From contig CAVVKJ010000019.1 of NCBI GenBank assembly GCA_963748815.1, forward strand, positions 1-64,000: a stretch of 64,000 nt of DNA, read 5' to 3'. Position numbers and translations under genes: made by a program. Under the pieces are notes generated by a model. That model worked only from the letters and a program-made list of their open reading frames with translations. It did no database searches and was not told where the DNA came from. This document shows positions 31,244 through 41,397 of the stretch, in pieces. This stretch comes from an uncultured Gemmatimonadales bacterium. GTDB lineage: Bacteria > Gemmatimonadota > Gemmatimonadetes > Gemmatimonadales > GWC2-71-9. Every line of letters starts with the position of its first letter. Within the stretch, counting starts at the first letter, position 1.

Positions 31244-31393
31244 AGGGGTGGGCGTGAGCCCACCCCGGTCGATGGGCCCGCGCATGGGATCGCGATCGGG
31301 TCGGCGAGCCCACCCCGGTCGAAGCGCCCGCGCACGGGGTTGCAATCGGCATCGGAATTGATGCCCACCCCGGTCGTTGGGCCCGCGCATGGG
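31244..31393. repeat. Three about 50-bp tandem units built on a GGGGTGGGC..GCCCACCCC palindrome
   Basis: Core GCCCACCCCGGTCGnnGnGCCCGCGCAyGGG at 31258, 31308, 31363; the leading palindrome also occurs at 37320-37342. Confidence 0.85.
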
Positions 31394-31426
31394 GCCGCTA
31401 GTCGCGCGTTGGCGTCCGCCCATCCC

Positions 31427-32711
31427 TCATGGCAACAGGTCAAACTCCCAGACATAACCGCCGGCACCCATCACATAGGCGGTCGAGCTGGCATCGTCCG
31501 CGATGATGTCCGCGTCGAGCCAACCCCCGACGCTCCCTTCAGCCTCGGGAGGCGAGTCGAGTCGGCCGAGGAGTGCCAGGGTGGCGGCGTCGTACACCAG
31601 GATATCCGGGGCGGATCCCCGCTGAATCGCCACCAGGAGCCTGGTGTCGTTGCGCGCCAGGGCAAGCCCGAGCACTTCAAAGGCATACACCGGGAGCGGG
31701 GCCTGGCCCAGCACCGTGCCGTCGGATGCCTCCACGACAACGATCCCGCTCGCCCCCACATACAGGGTGCCGCCGTCCGCCGTGAACGCTGCGCCGGAAA
31801 CTCGCCCAGAGGTCGGCACCCGGTACAGCGTGTCCCCGGTCGACATCTGGAAGACCACCGCCCCGCCGGAATAGCCGCCGTTGGCGATGGCCCGGTCCGC
31901 GACTCTGGACAACGTGAAGTGATGCGGGTCTTCGATCTGCACTGCATACGTCGGCAGCCCGGGCCGGATGACGTCAGTCGTGTGATTGTGCGTGTTGAGC
32001 CACACGTTCTCGCTCAACCGGACGATGATCCTGGCATAGGGACTCTGCAAGAACGACGGTACCGAATCCACCAGCGTCGGTCCCGGAAGGAGTTGCCATT
32101 CGGCGATCATGCCGGCGCTGTCGCGGAGGATGTAGCGGCTCGAGTCGAAGGTGACTCCAACCGCACGTAGACTCCACACATCGACAGGCTTGACCCCCGG
32201 CATCGGGATGACACGCTGCTGCTCAAGGGCGACGAGCCCGGTCTCACCGGCGAGAGGTTGGGGGTAGACCCCGGCCACGCCGAATGGGCCACCCGTGGAC
32301 CTGGAATAGTACGGGATTTCCGAACACTGCTGGACTCGTTATCCAATACTCCCGAAACCCCACAATCCCCACCGAATCGACCAGGTAGCTCGTCGCCCCG
32401 TCGATCACCTCGATGGCCGCTGGTTGTGTGGAAATCGATGGGAGGGTCGCCGAGAGGGTGCTGTCGTCGACACGCGTGACGACCATTTCGATGCCGGCCG
32501 CCGTCACCGGCGGCAGCGAATCGAGCTCGTCGAAGAACTGCGAGCGAATCAGGATCGCTCCACCGGCCCACTGCGCCGTCGGTGACACGCCAAAGGTGGG
32601 CGGCACCGCAGTCGGCTCCGAGGAGTCGCTGCAGGCGGCCAGGAGCAGGAGAAGGAGAAGGACCAAGCGGGGTGGAGGCGCATCAACACCCCTCGAACGT
32701 GGGAGACTCAA
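31427..32711 (-). CDS. Lipoprotein with beta-propeller-like C-terminus (frameshift near 32280)
   Basis: LLLLLLAACS lipobox in ORF 32244; AFTADGGTLYV repeat in ORF 31427. Confidence 0.6.
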
Positions 32712-32845
32712 GCCACGTTACGGCAGGATCTTCAGGCCGTCAATGGCGTCTCGGGCGGCCCCGCTCACCCCATGGAGTGCGGCGGTGGGCACACGGAGCG
32801 GCGTGGCCGATGTGACCACCGCAACGCGAACGCCAAAACGGGGGG

Positions 32846-34843
32846 TTAGGTCGTGGATTCCCGGACCCGGATAGGAAGCGCCACGACCGTCTTGCCCGCC
32901 CATTGCAGCCGCCGCTGGATGGCCATCGCCGTCTCGTTGTGAAGGATCCGCTGCCACCAGCGGTCCTTCTGGAAGATCATTCTCCCGGTGAAGAACGTGG
33001 TGCGAGGGAACTCTCGGGCAACCTCGAGGCACAGTCGCTCCGCCTCGGCGACGATCTCCGTCCCGATCGCCATCCTCGACGTGGCCGGCACACCCAGATG
33101 GCGGGCGAGCGCAATGTATTTGTCGAGCATCTCCTCTGTCCGCGCCCGAAGGTCGTCGACCGCGTGTTCCCCCTTGAACTCTCCCGAATCCACGACACCC
33201 ACGCTCAGGAAGACGACATTGCCAAAGTGTCCTGGAAAGGACCGGAAGACGTTCAGGACCGTGTGAATCCCCACACCGTCGTAGGACGGCACCAGGACGG
33301 CCGCCGTGGGCCGGGCGGGGTCGACCGCTGTTGGTGAGCTCGCCTCCTCCGACCGCTGCCCTGGCAGGTCGCCCAGTTCGTCGTAGAGGGCGCGCACCCC
33401 CGCCGCCGCCCGGCGATAGTGGGCCCGGATCCGGAAGCAGCATCCAATGACGAGGGCGGTGATCCCCATCGTGACCCAGCCACCTTCGGCGAACTTCTCG
33501 TAGAGGGTGACGCCGAGGATGGTGGCGCAGAGGAGGAACGCCGATGCGAAGAGCGCCAGCCGGCGCTTCCAGAAGGGCCGTACCCGTCGATGCTGTATCC
33601 AGAACCGGAGCATCGCGAACATCGAGAGCGAAAACGTCACGAACACGTTGATGCTGTACATCACCACCAGGTGCCCGACATCCCCGCCCGTGTAGACCAG
33701 GGCCGCGCAGCCCGCCCCCGCCATGAGGAGGATGCCGTTCCGTGTGGTCAGCCGCTCGGAGAGCGCCGCAAACCGGTGGGGGACCCACGAATCCACCGCC
33801 ATGTTGGCCAGGACCCGGGGGCCGTCGATGAACCCGGCCTGCGCCGCAACGACCAGGAGCGTCGCCTCCGAGAGCAGGAAGAGCACCACGAAGGTGCCGC
33901 CGAGGGGCAATCCCCCTGCGAGACGCTCGACGAGGACGGCGTTCATGGTCTTCCCCTCGACCGGCGTGAGTTGCCAGAGCAGGTAGCAGAGGAGGAGCCC
34001 GGAGGCGGTGAGGGCGAGTGAGGTGCCCATGTACACCATGGTGCGCTTCCCGGTGGCGGCCTTCGGCTCCCGCATGATGGGAAGTCCATTGGACACCGCT
34101 TCGATGCCGGTGTAGGTCCCTCCGCCCAGCGAATAGGCCCGCAGGAAGAGCACGAGGAGACCCGAGAGTCCGAGGGTGGACAATCCCTGCTGATAGCCGG
34201 TACGGAGTGCCGCCGACGTCTGTTCCAGTCGTGGCGCGGACGCCGCCAGCCCCGCCCCGATGATGAGGGCATGGGTCACCAGGAACAGGAGGAAGACCGG
34301 GAGCAGGGTCAGCACCGACTCGCGGACGCCCCGAATATTGAGCACCGTCAAGAGGAGCAGCAGCCCGAACTCGACGGGGAGTTTTGCGGCGAGCCAGGCC
34401 GAAGGCAGGAAGCTGAAGAGGGCGTCCCCCGCCGCCGCGATGGAGATCGTGATGGTCAGGACGTAGTCGACGAGGAGCGCCGAACCCGAGATCACGCCCG
34501 CCTCGGCGCCGAGCAGCTTGGTCGCCACGACGTACCCGCCGCCGCCGGTCGGGAATTCCTCGATGATCCGTCGATACGCGGCTGCGATGAGCAGTACCGT
34601 CGCCGCCATCAGGACGGCGAGCGGCAGGGCGAGGTAGGGGTGCGCACCGAGCTGCCGAAACGCCTCCTCGGGCCCATAGGCCGACGACGACAGTCCATCG
34701 GCCCCGAGCCCGACCCAGGCCAGGAACGGGACCAACGAGAGTCGGTGGAAGAGGCGGTGATCGTGGAGATCGCGCGGCTTCCCGAACACCACCTGTTTCA
34801 GCCGGCGCACGCCGAAGCGGCGCGGCTCCTGCACAGTCGACAC
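32846..34843 (-). CDS. APC family permease, KimA/YdaO-like K+ transporter
   Basis: GADGLSSSAYGPEE, FPTGGGGYVVA, VDYVLTI, YTGIEAVSNG, YSINVF, ILHNETA. Confidence 0.88.
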   Translation of the reverse strand: MSTVQEPRRFGVRRLKQVVFGKPRDLHDHRLFHRLSLVPFLAWVGLGADGLSSSAYGPEEAFRQLGAHPYLALPLAVLMAATVLLIAAAYRRIIEEFPTGGGGYVVATKLLGAEAGVISGSALLVDYVLTITISIAAAGDALFSFLPSAWLAAKLPVEFGLLLLLTVLNIRGVRESVLTLLPVFLLFLVTHALIIGAGLAASAPRLEQTSAALRTGYQQGLSTLGLSGLLVLFLRAYSLGGGTYTGIEAVSNGLPIMREPKAATGKRTMVYMGTSLALTASGLLLCYLLWQLTPVEGKTMNAVLVERLAGGLPLGGTFVVLFLLSEATLLVVAAQAGFIDGPRVLANMAVDSWVPHRFAALSERLTTRNGILLMAGAGCAALVYTGGDVGHLVVMYSINVFVTFSLSMFAMLRFWIQHRRVRPFWKRRLALFASAFLLCATILGVTLYEKFAEGGWVTMGITALVIGCCFRIRAHYRRAAAGVRALYDELGDLPGQRSEEASSPTAVDPARPTAAVLVPSYDGVGIHTVLNVFRSFPGHFGNVVFLSVGVVDSGEFKGEHAVDDLRARTEEMLDKYIALARHLGVPATSRMAIGTEIVAEAERLCLEVAREFPRTTFFTGRMIFQKDRWWQRILHNETAMAIQRRLQWAGKTVVALPIRVRESTT

Positions 34844-34959
34844 CAGCAGACCCCTGGAGAGTTTGGTGGCCCGAATACTGGCTCGCGGACGACCCGCCGC
34901 CAGCCCCGTCCCAAAATCCTGATACAATCTTGAGGCGCCGATCACGTAGGTTTGACCCC

Positions 34960-36495
34960 ATGGCGAACACTCCACGCACCGAGTACGCGCTGGCTACCGG
35001 CATCGTCGCCCTGACGACGGCCGCGGGGTTCGTCCTTCGCGCGCAGCTCAACCCGACCGACGTCGCGATGGGGTTCCTGCTCGCGGTCGTACTGGTCGCG
35101 TCGCGGTGCGCCCGCGGACCGGCGGTGCTGGCCTCGGTGCTCAGCATCGCCATTTTCGATTTCGCGTTCGTCCCGCCCTACTACACCTTCAGCGTACACG
35201 ATACCTCCTACATCCTGACCTTCGGCGTGATGCTGGTGGTGGCGCTGGTGATGAGCGGGTTGGTGGCGCAAATTCGCGAACAGGCGGCGGAGGCCCGGGC
35301 CCGGGAGAACATGACAGCCGCCATGTACCTCCTGAGCAAAGACCTCGCAGATGCCACATCCCGAAGTGATGTAATCAACGTCACGGAGTCGCACCTCCGG
35401 CGCCTGGTGGCGGGCACCCCGATCATTGTGCTGCAACGAGAAGGCGCCGCTCCCTCCAGCGCGCTCCATCTCCCTTCCATCGAGCCGTTCGCCAGCCTGG
35501 AGGTGCGAGTGGCCGTGGAATGGGCGTTTGAACGAGGGGATTCCGCCGGACACGGGACGGCGCATTGCGCTGAGGCGGGCGCGCTGGCCGTTCCATTGCG
35601 GACAACGACCGGGACCATGGGTGTGGTGGCCGTGGTGGCGGGTGCGCACGACGAAGTCCCGACGCCGGCAGCGCGCGCCACGGTCGAGGCGCTGGCGGCC
35701 CTGGCGGCCACGGCGCTGGAGCGCACGGGGCTGGCCGAGCAGCACAAAGTCGCGCGCGCCGAGGTCGAGGCGGAACGGCTCCGCACCTCCCTGCTGAGCT
35801 CGTTGTCCCACGACCTGCGTACGCCGCTGAGCAGCATTGAGGGCGCCGCCAGCAGTCTCTTCGAGGATCGCGGCGCGTTGCCGGCCGAACTTCGGCGGGA
35901 TCTGGCGGAGTCGATCCTCGAGGAGTCGCAGCGGATGTCGCGCCTGGTGGTGAACCTCCTGGACATGATCCGGGTCGAGACGGGCGCGCTCGCGGTCAAG
36001 AAGGCGTGGCAGCCGCTCGAGGAAGTGCTGGGGGTCGTCCTCATCCGGATGGAGGATCGGCTGAAGAGCCACCCGGTCGAGGCTCGGCTCCCGGAGGACC
36101 TCCCGCTGGTCCCGGTCGATGAGCTGCTGCTGGAACAGGTCTTCGCCAACCTCCTGGAGAACGCCGCCCGGCATACACCGCCCGGGACACCGATCACGAT
36201 CCGGGCCTGGCCCGAGGCCGGTGCGGTGGTGGTGGAGGTGGCCGACCACGGCCCCGGCGTTCCGCCGGGGGAGGAGGAGAACATCTTCCAGAAGTTCTAT
36301 CGCGGCGCGTCGACGACAGCGCTGCCCGGCAGCAGCACCGGCCTCGGGCTCACGATCTGTCGGGGAATCGTCGCGGTACACGGCGGGCGCATCTGGGTCG
36401 AATCGCGGGCCGGAGGGGGGGCGGCGTTTCGCTTCACCCTCACCCTTGACGGCCCGCCGATGGAGGCGCTGCCGGTCGAGCAGGTCAGCGGCTGA
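34960..36495 (+). CDS. kdpD: KdpD-like sensor kinase, short form (DUF4118-GAF-HisKA-HATPase)
   Basis: FDFAFVPPYYTF, ERLRTSLLSSLSHDLRTPL, NLLENA, GLGLTICRG; lacks the N-terminal KdpD and Usp domains. Confidence 0.88.
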   Translation: MANTPRTEYALATGIVALTTAAGFVLRAQLNPTDVAMGFLLAVVLVASRCARGPAVLASVLSIAIFDFAFVPPYYTFSVHDTSYILTFGVMLVVALVMSGLVAQIREQAAEARARENMTAAMYLLSKDLADATSRSDVINVTESHLRRLVAGTPIIVLQREGAAPSSALHLPSIEPFASLEVRVAVEWAFERGDSAGHGTAHCAEAGALAVPLRTTTGTMGVVAVVAGAHDEVPTPAARATVEALAALAATALERTGLAEQHKVARAEVEAERLRTSLLSSLSHDLRTPLSSIEGAASSLFEDRGALPAELRRDLAESILEESQRMSRLVVNLLDMIRVETGALAVKKAWQPLEEVLGVVLIRMEDRLKSHPVEARLPEDLPLVPVDELLLEQVFANLLENAARHTPPGTPITIRAWPEAGAVVVEVADHGPGVPPGEEENIFQKFYRGASTTALPGSSTGLGLTICRGIVAVHGGRIWVESRAGGGAAFRFTLTLDGPPMEALPVEQVSG

Positions 36496-36503
36496 GGACG
36501 ATC

Positions 36504-37211
36504 ATGGCCAACCCTGCACCGCTGGTCCTGCTCATCGAGGATGAGCCGCACATGCGGCGGTTCCTGCGCGCGGCCCTGCGAGGCCGCGGCTACCAGGTCG
36601 TCGAGGCGGCGACGGCGCGCGAGGGGCTGATGCAGGCGGCCGGCCGGAATCCCGATGTCATCCTCCTCGACCTCGGCCTTCCGGATCAGGACGGCCTGGA
36701 GGTGACTCGCACAATCCGCCTCACAGCCGCGACCCCGATCATCGTCATCTCCGCGCGGGGACTGGAGCAGGATAAGGTGGCCGCGCTCGATCTCGGCGCG
36801 GACGACTACCTCACGAAACCTTTCAGTGAGCCCGAGCTGCTTGCCCGCATTCGCGCCGCGTTGCGGCGCCTCGCGCGACCGGCCAGCGGGGCGGCCAGCG
36901 AGACGTTCGAGTCAGGAGAATTGCGGGTCGACCTGCTCCGACGGGTGGTGCACCGGGGCGGCCGAGAGGTGCACCTCACGCCCACGGAGTTTCGGCTCCT
37001 CGCCACCCTGGTCCGGAATGCCGGCCAGGTCGTCACCCACCGCCGACTGCTGCAGGAAGTTTGGGGCGCCAACTACCAGGAGCACACACACTATCTCCGA
37101 GTCTACATGGCGCAGCTCCGCCACAAACTGGAGCGGGATCCGAATCGGCCACGGTTGCTTGCCACGGAACCGGGGGTGGGATATCGACTGCGTGAGGCGA
37201 CGGGGGACTAG
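36504..37211 (+). CDS. kdpE: KdpE-like response regulator
   Basis: LDLGLPD, GADDYLTKPF, VHLTPTEF, HYLRVYMAQLRHKLE, TEPGVGY. Confidence 0.92.
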   Translation: MANPAPLVLLIEDEPHMRRFLRAALRGRGYQVVEAATAREGLMQAAGRNPDVILLDLGLPDQDGLEVTRTIRLTAATPIIVISARGLEQDKVAALDLGADDYLTKPFSEPELLARIRAALRRLARPASGAASETFESGELRVDLLRRVVHRGGREVHLTPTEFRLLATLVRNAGQVVTHRRLLQEVWGANYQEHTHYLRVYMAQLRHKLERDPNRPRLLATEPGVGYRLREATGD

Positions 37212-37240
37212 CAACGGGGCAACGGGGCCGACGGTAGCGG

Positions 37241-37287
37241 GCGTCCCCCCTCTCCATATCATGGACCCCGGCTTTCGCCGGGGTGAC
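37241..37287. repeat. Chimeric PLS half-element fused to a GTCA-type REP
   Basis: GCGTCCCCCCTCTCCATATCA-TGGA-CCCCGGCTTTCGCCGGGGTGAC. Confidence 0.85.
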
Positions 37288-37315
37288 GGCCTCGTCCGCC
37301 CGCGCATGGAGACGC

Positions 37316-37343
37316 AAAAAGGGGTGGGCGTGAGCCCACCCCT
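37316..37343 (-). terminator. Intrinsic terminator after tRNA-Phe
   Basis: AGGGGTGGGC-GTGA-GCCCACCCCT stem followed on the minus strand by a T run. Confidence 0.7.
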
Positions 37344-37346
37344 TCA

Positions 37347-37419
<73 letters not shown>

Positions 37420-37506
37420 TCAAGCGGCGGGAATATAAGGACTTGGGGTACCAATGCCAAGCTGACCACCCCTCCCTGCCCGCCCCTTCCCTACCTATAA
37501 TCCCGA

Positions 37507-38899
37507 ATGCCCCTCTGGACCGATATCGCAGCCGAAATCGCCGACTTCCGCCGCCGGATCCGGGATCTCCCCGTCATCCCCGACGCGACCCCCGCGACGC
37601 TCCGCGCCGAGCTCGAGCCGCGGTACAGGTTCGACCGGCCGATCGACCTGGAGACCCTGACCGCCGACGTGATGCGACTCCTCCGGACCCAGCAGGTCCA
37701 CGTCACCCACCCGCGGTACTTCGGCCTCTTCAACCCGCAGGTGCGCGAGGCCGGCATCGTGGCCGACACCCTCGCCGCGCTCTACAACGCCCAGCTCGCC
37801 GTCTGGAGCCACAGCCCCGCCGCCAATGAGATGGAACGGCTGGCGCTCCGCGCCCTGGCCACCCGGATCGGCTACGATCCGAACGGCATGCTGGCCCAGT
37901 TCACCTCCGGCGGCGCCGAGGCCAACCTCTGCTCCGCGCTCTGCGCCCTGGCCTCCCGGTTCCCGACCTGGGCCGAGTCGGGCGTCGCCGCCCTCGGCAC
38001 CCGGCCCGGCCATCTACGTCTCGGGAGAGAGCCACCACTCCTTCGTCAAGATCGCCAAGATGACCGGACTCGGCACCGCGAGTGTGCGCGAGGCACCGGT
38101 GCGCGCCGACCTGAAGCTCGACGCCGTGGCCCTCGAGCGGTTGATCGAAGCCGACCGGGTGGCCGGGTGGAGCCCCCTCCTTATCGTGGGGACGGCCGGC
38201 ACCACCGCCGCCGGCATCGTTGATCCGTTGCCGGAACTTGCGGAGGTGGCCAGACGCACCGGTGCCTGGTTCCACGCCGATGCCGCCTGGGGCGGCGGGG
38301 CGCTGATGTCCGACAATCTGCGGCCGCATCTCGACGGCATCGCGCTGGCCGACTCCGTCACCTGGGACGCACACAAATGGCTGAGCGTGCCGATGGGCGG
38401 CGGCATGTTCTTCTGCCGCCACCCGGAAGCGGTGAAACAGGCCTTTGCCGCCGTCCACACCTACATGCCCGTCCCGACCGGCGACACGGTGGACAACTTC
38501 CAGACCACCCCGCAATGGAGCCGCCGCGCCACCGGCCTCAAGGTGTTCATGTCGCTGGCAGAACTGGGCATCGAGGGCTACGGCAAGCTGGTGGACCACC
38601 AGGCGGCAATGGGGAGGCTCCTCCGCGAGAAGCTCACCGCGGCAGGCTGGCTGCTCGTCACCGACTCCCCGCTCCCGACCGTCTGCTTCAGCCACCCCGA
38701 CATCGAGTCGGGCCGGATATCGATCGACGAGGTCATCGGTCGAGTGTATGCCAACCGGCAGACCTGGATCAGCCCGGTCATACTCGGCGGGGAGCGCCGG
38801 CGGGCGCTCAGGGCGTGCATTACCAGCTATGAGACGGACGAACGGGATCTTGACGCGTTAGTGAACGAATTGATTCGCGCCCTTCGCGCCTTCGCGTGA
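37507..38899 (+). CDS. Group II PLP-dependent amino acid decarboxylase (frameshift near 38005)
   Basis: HPRYFGLF, FTSGGAEAN, GTAGTT, WFHADAAWGG, DAHKW, QWSRR. Confidence 0.9.
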
Positions 38900-38997
38900 A
38901 CCAACTCTGGACCCCGGCTTTCGCCGGGGTGACGATCGGTGTCAGGATGTAGCTTCGGCCCTCAGCCCTCAGTCCCCAGCCCCCAGTCCTCAGTCCT
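38874..38997. repeat. Stacked repeats: CTTCGCG-type octamers, GTCA-type REP, YCCYCAG heptamers
   Basis: CTTCGCGCCTTCGCGTGA supplies the stop codon; REP at 38908-38933; five heptamers at 38959-38993. Confidence 0.85.
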
Positions 38998-39031
38998 TCT
39001 CTCCTCCGCTTTCTGACCCTACATTCCACTG

Positions 39032-39667
39032 ATGGGCTCCCCCTCCCTGACCGTCGCTTCCCACCCGCTGATCCAGCACAAGATGGCGCTGCTCCGCGGC
39101 GTCGAGACGCCCACCAGGGAGTTCCGCCAGCTGGTCGGGGAGATCGCCACCCTCCTGGCCTACGAGGCGACCCGGACCCTCGAGACCGAGCCGATCGCCG
39201 TGCGCACGCCGCTCGAGATGATGGAGGGCCACCGCCTCCCCGGCGACCGGATCGTGCTCGTCCCGATCCTCCGTGCCGGCCTCGGCATGGTGGATGCCGT
39301 CGCCGCCCTCTTCCCCAACGCCGGCGTCGGCCACATCGGTCTCTACCGCAACGAAGAGACGCTCGAGCCGGTCAGCTACTACTTCAAGATCCCGCCCCTC
39401 GGCGCGGACAAGGTCTACCTCGTGCTCGATCCGATGCTCGCGACCGGCGGCAGCGCCTCCGCGGCGATCGCCAAGCTGAAGGAATCGGGCGCGCGGCACC
39501 TCCGGCTCATTTCCCTGGTGGCCGCACCCGCAGGAGTTGACCGGATGAAGAAGGACCACCCCGACGTTCCGGTCTTCGTCGCCGCGCTCGACCGCGAACT
39601 CAACGACCACGGATACATCCTGCCCGGCCTCGGCGATGCTGGAGACAGGCTCTTCGGAACGACCTGA
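39032..39667 (+). CDS. upp: Uracil phosphoribosyltransferase
   Basis: HPLIQHK, VPILRAGLGM, DPMLATGGS, YILPGLGDAGDRLFGT. Confidence 0.98.
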   Translation: MGSPSLTVASHPLIQHKMALLRGVETPTREFRQLVGEIATLLAYEATRTLETEPIAVRTPLEMMEGHRLPGDRIVLVPILRAGLGMVDAVAALFPNAGVGHIGLYRNEETLEPVSYYFKIPPLGADKVYLVLDPMLATGGSASAAIAKLKESGARHLRLISLVAAPAGVDRMKKDHPDVPVFVAALDRELNDHGYILPGLGDAGDRLFGTT

Positions 39668-39670
39668 CCG

Positions 39671-40003
39671 GGCGTTCCCCCTCTCCATATCATGGAGAGG
39701 GGGACAGGGGGTGAGGTGGAGAGCTGGCGGGGCAGGTGGGCCGGGAGGCCGGACCTGAAGTCTGTGTCATTCCCGCGCAAGCGGGAATCCAGTTGCATCT
39801 TCACTGGACCCCGGCGACCCTGCCCCGGCGAAAGCCGGGGGCCGGGGTGACGGCGCGCGCGTCGCTTTAGCGACATCAGCCGAGCCGCGGCTTCCGCCGC
39901 GAGTTCGCGCGGGAACAACCTGGACCCCCGCTTTCGCGGGGGTGACGACCTTCCATTGGAGTTCATGGTGCCTTTCACTTCCCCGCTTCCCCGCTTCCCC
40001 GCC
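39671..40003. repeat. Composite intergenic repeat cluster
   Basis: PLS 39671-39718; REP doublet 39766-39851; GTCGCTTTAGCGAC element 39861-39900; REP 39921-39946; (GCTTCCCC)n at about 39978-40003. Confidence 0.9.
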
Positions 40004-40011
40004 TCGCACTC

Positions 40012-41397
40012 GTGCGAATAACCTTCCACGGCGCCGCCGGCGGCCAGGTCACCGGCTCGATGCACCTCCTCGAGGCGGCGGGCGCGCGTGTGCTCCTCGA
40101 TGCGGGCCTCTTCCAGGGGCGCCGGTCCGAGACGCGCGAGCTGAACGCCAAGCTCCCCTTCGATGCGCGCCTCATCGATGCGGTGGTGGTGAGCCACGCG
40201 CACATCGACCACACCGGCCGCCTCCCCCTGCTGGTCAAGGAGGGGTACCACAACCCGATCATCGCCACGCCGGCCACCCGCGACCTCTCCGCCGTCATGC
40301 TCCCCGACTCGGCGCACATCCAGGAAAGCGATTTCGACTTCCTCAAGCGGCACGACCGCGTCGGCCCCGAGGCGGAGCCGCTCTATAACATGGCCGACGC
40401 CGTCGCCGTGCAGGATCTCATCGAGGCCGTCCCCTACAATCGGCCGCACCACATCCGCAAGCATCTTGTGACCACCTTCATGGACGCCGGCCACATCCTC
40501 GGCTCGGCGTCGGTGGACATCCGGATTACCGAGGGGACGGGCCACCGGCTCGTTTTCTCGGGCGACATCGGCCGGAACGACCTCCCCATCATCCGTGATC
40601 CGGTGCCGCCCTCGGGCGCGATCGACACGCTGATCATCGAGAGCACCTACGGCAACCGCGACCACGAGTCGGTGGCCGGGGCGGAGGAACGCCTCGGCGA
40701 GATCGTGCGGCGGGTCGCCGGCCGCGGGGGCAAGGTCCTGATTCCTTCCTTCGCGGTGGGTCGCACGCAGGAACTGGTCTATGCCCTCCACGCGCTCTGG
40801 CTGACCGGCAAGATCCCCGGGATTCCCATCTACATCGACAGCCCGCTGGCGGTGAACGCCACCGAGGTGTTCCGACTGCACCCGGAAATCTTCGATCAGC
40901 GCGAGCAACTCATCGAGCGCGCCAAGGCCCTCTTCGATTTCCAGCTCGTCACGTATGTCCGCGACGTCGGGGAGTCGAAGGCGCTCAACACCCTGAACGG
41001 CCCCGCCGTCATCATCGCCGCCAGCGGCATGGCCGAGGCCGGCCGGATCCTCCACCACCTGAAGAACGGGATCGGCAGCCACAAGAATGTCGTCCTTTTT
41101 GTTGGCTTCCAGGGGGAGCACACCCTCGGCCGCCGAATCCAGGAGGGCGCACGCGAGGTGAGGATCTTCGGTGACATGTATCCGGTGGCCGCCGAGGTCG
41201 AGACCATCGGCGGCTACTCGGCCCACGCCGACCGGGGTGAACTCCGCCAGTGGGTGCGGAAGATCGGCGGCCCCGTCAAGCGGGCCTTCGTGGTCCACGG
41301 CGAGACGCCCGCGCGCGAGGCGATGGGGAAGATTCTCAAGGAGGAAGGGGTCCAGGAGGTCGTGCTGCCGGCGCTCGGAGAGGGGTTCGACCTCTAG
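40012..41397 (+). CDS. MBL-fold beta-CASP nuclease (YSH1-like)
   Basis: VTGS, SHAHIDHTG, AGHILGS, FSGDIG, ESTYG, FAVGRTQE, YSAHAD, VHGE. Confidence 0.95.
   Translation: MRITFHGAAGGQVTGSMHLLEAAGARVLLDAGLFQGRRSETRELNAKLPFDARLIDAVVVSHAHIDHTGRLPLLVKEGYHNPIIATPATRDLSAVMLPDSAHIQESDFDFLKRHDRVGPEAEPLYNMADAVAVQDLIEAVPYNRPHHIRKHLVTTFMDAGHILGSASVDIRITEGTGHRLVFSGDIGRNDLPIIRDPVPPSGAIDTLIIESTYGNRDHESVAGAEERLGEIVRRVAGRGGKVLIPSFAVGRTQELVYALHALWLTGKIPGIPIYIDSPLAVNATEVFRLHPEIFDQREQLIERAKALFDFQLVTYVRDVGESKALNTLNGPAVIIAASGMAEAGRILHHLKNGIGSHKNVVLFVGFQGEHTLGRRIQEGAREVRIFGDMYPVAAEVETIGGYSAHADRGELRQWVRKIGGPVKRAFVVHGETPAREAMGKILKEEGVQEVVLPALGEGFDL

Noticed and set aside
31258..31393. CRISPR array
   Set aside because: Only three degenerate repeats; spacers are short (19 and 24 bp) and resemble each other; no cas genes in the window.
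31013..32170. 385-aa ORF with GEAGKRGS repeats
   Set aside because: It is a translation of the intergenic octamer plus the antisense of the 31427 gene.
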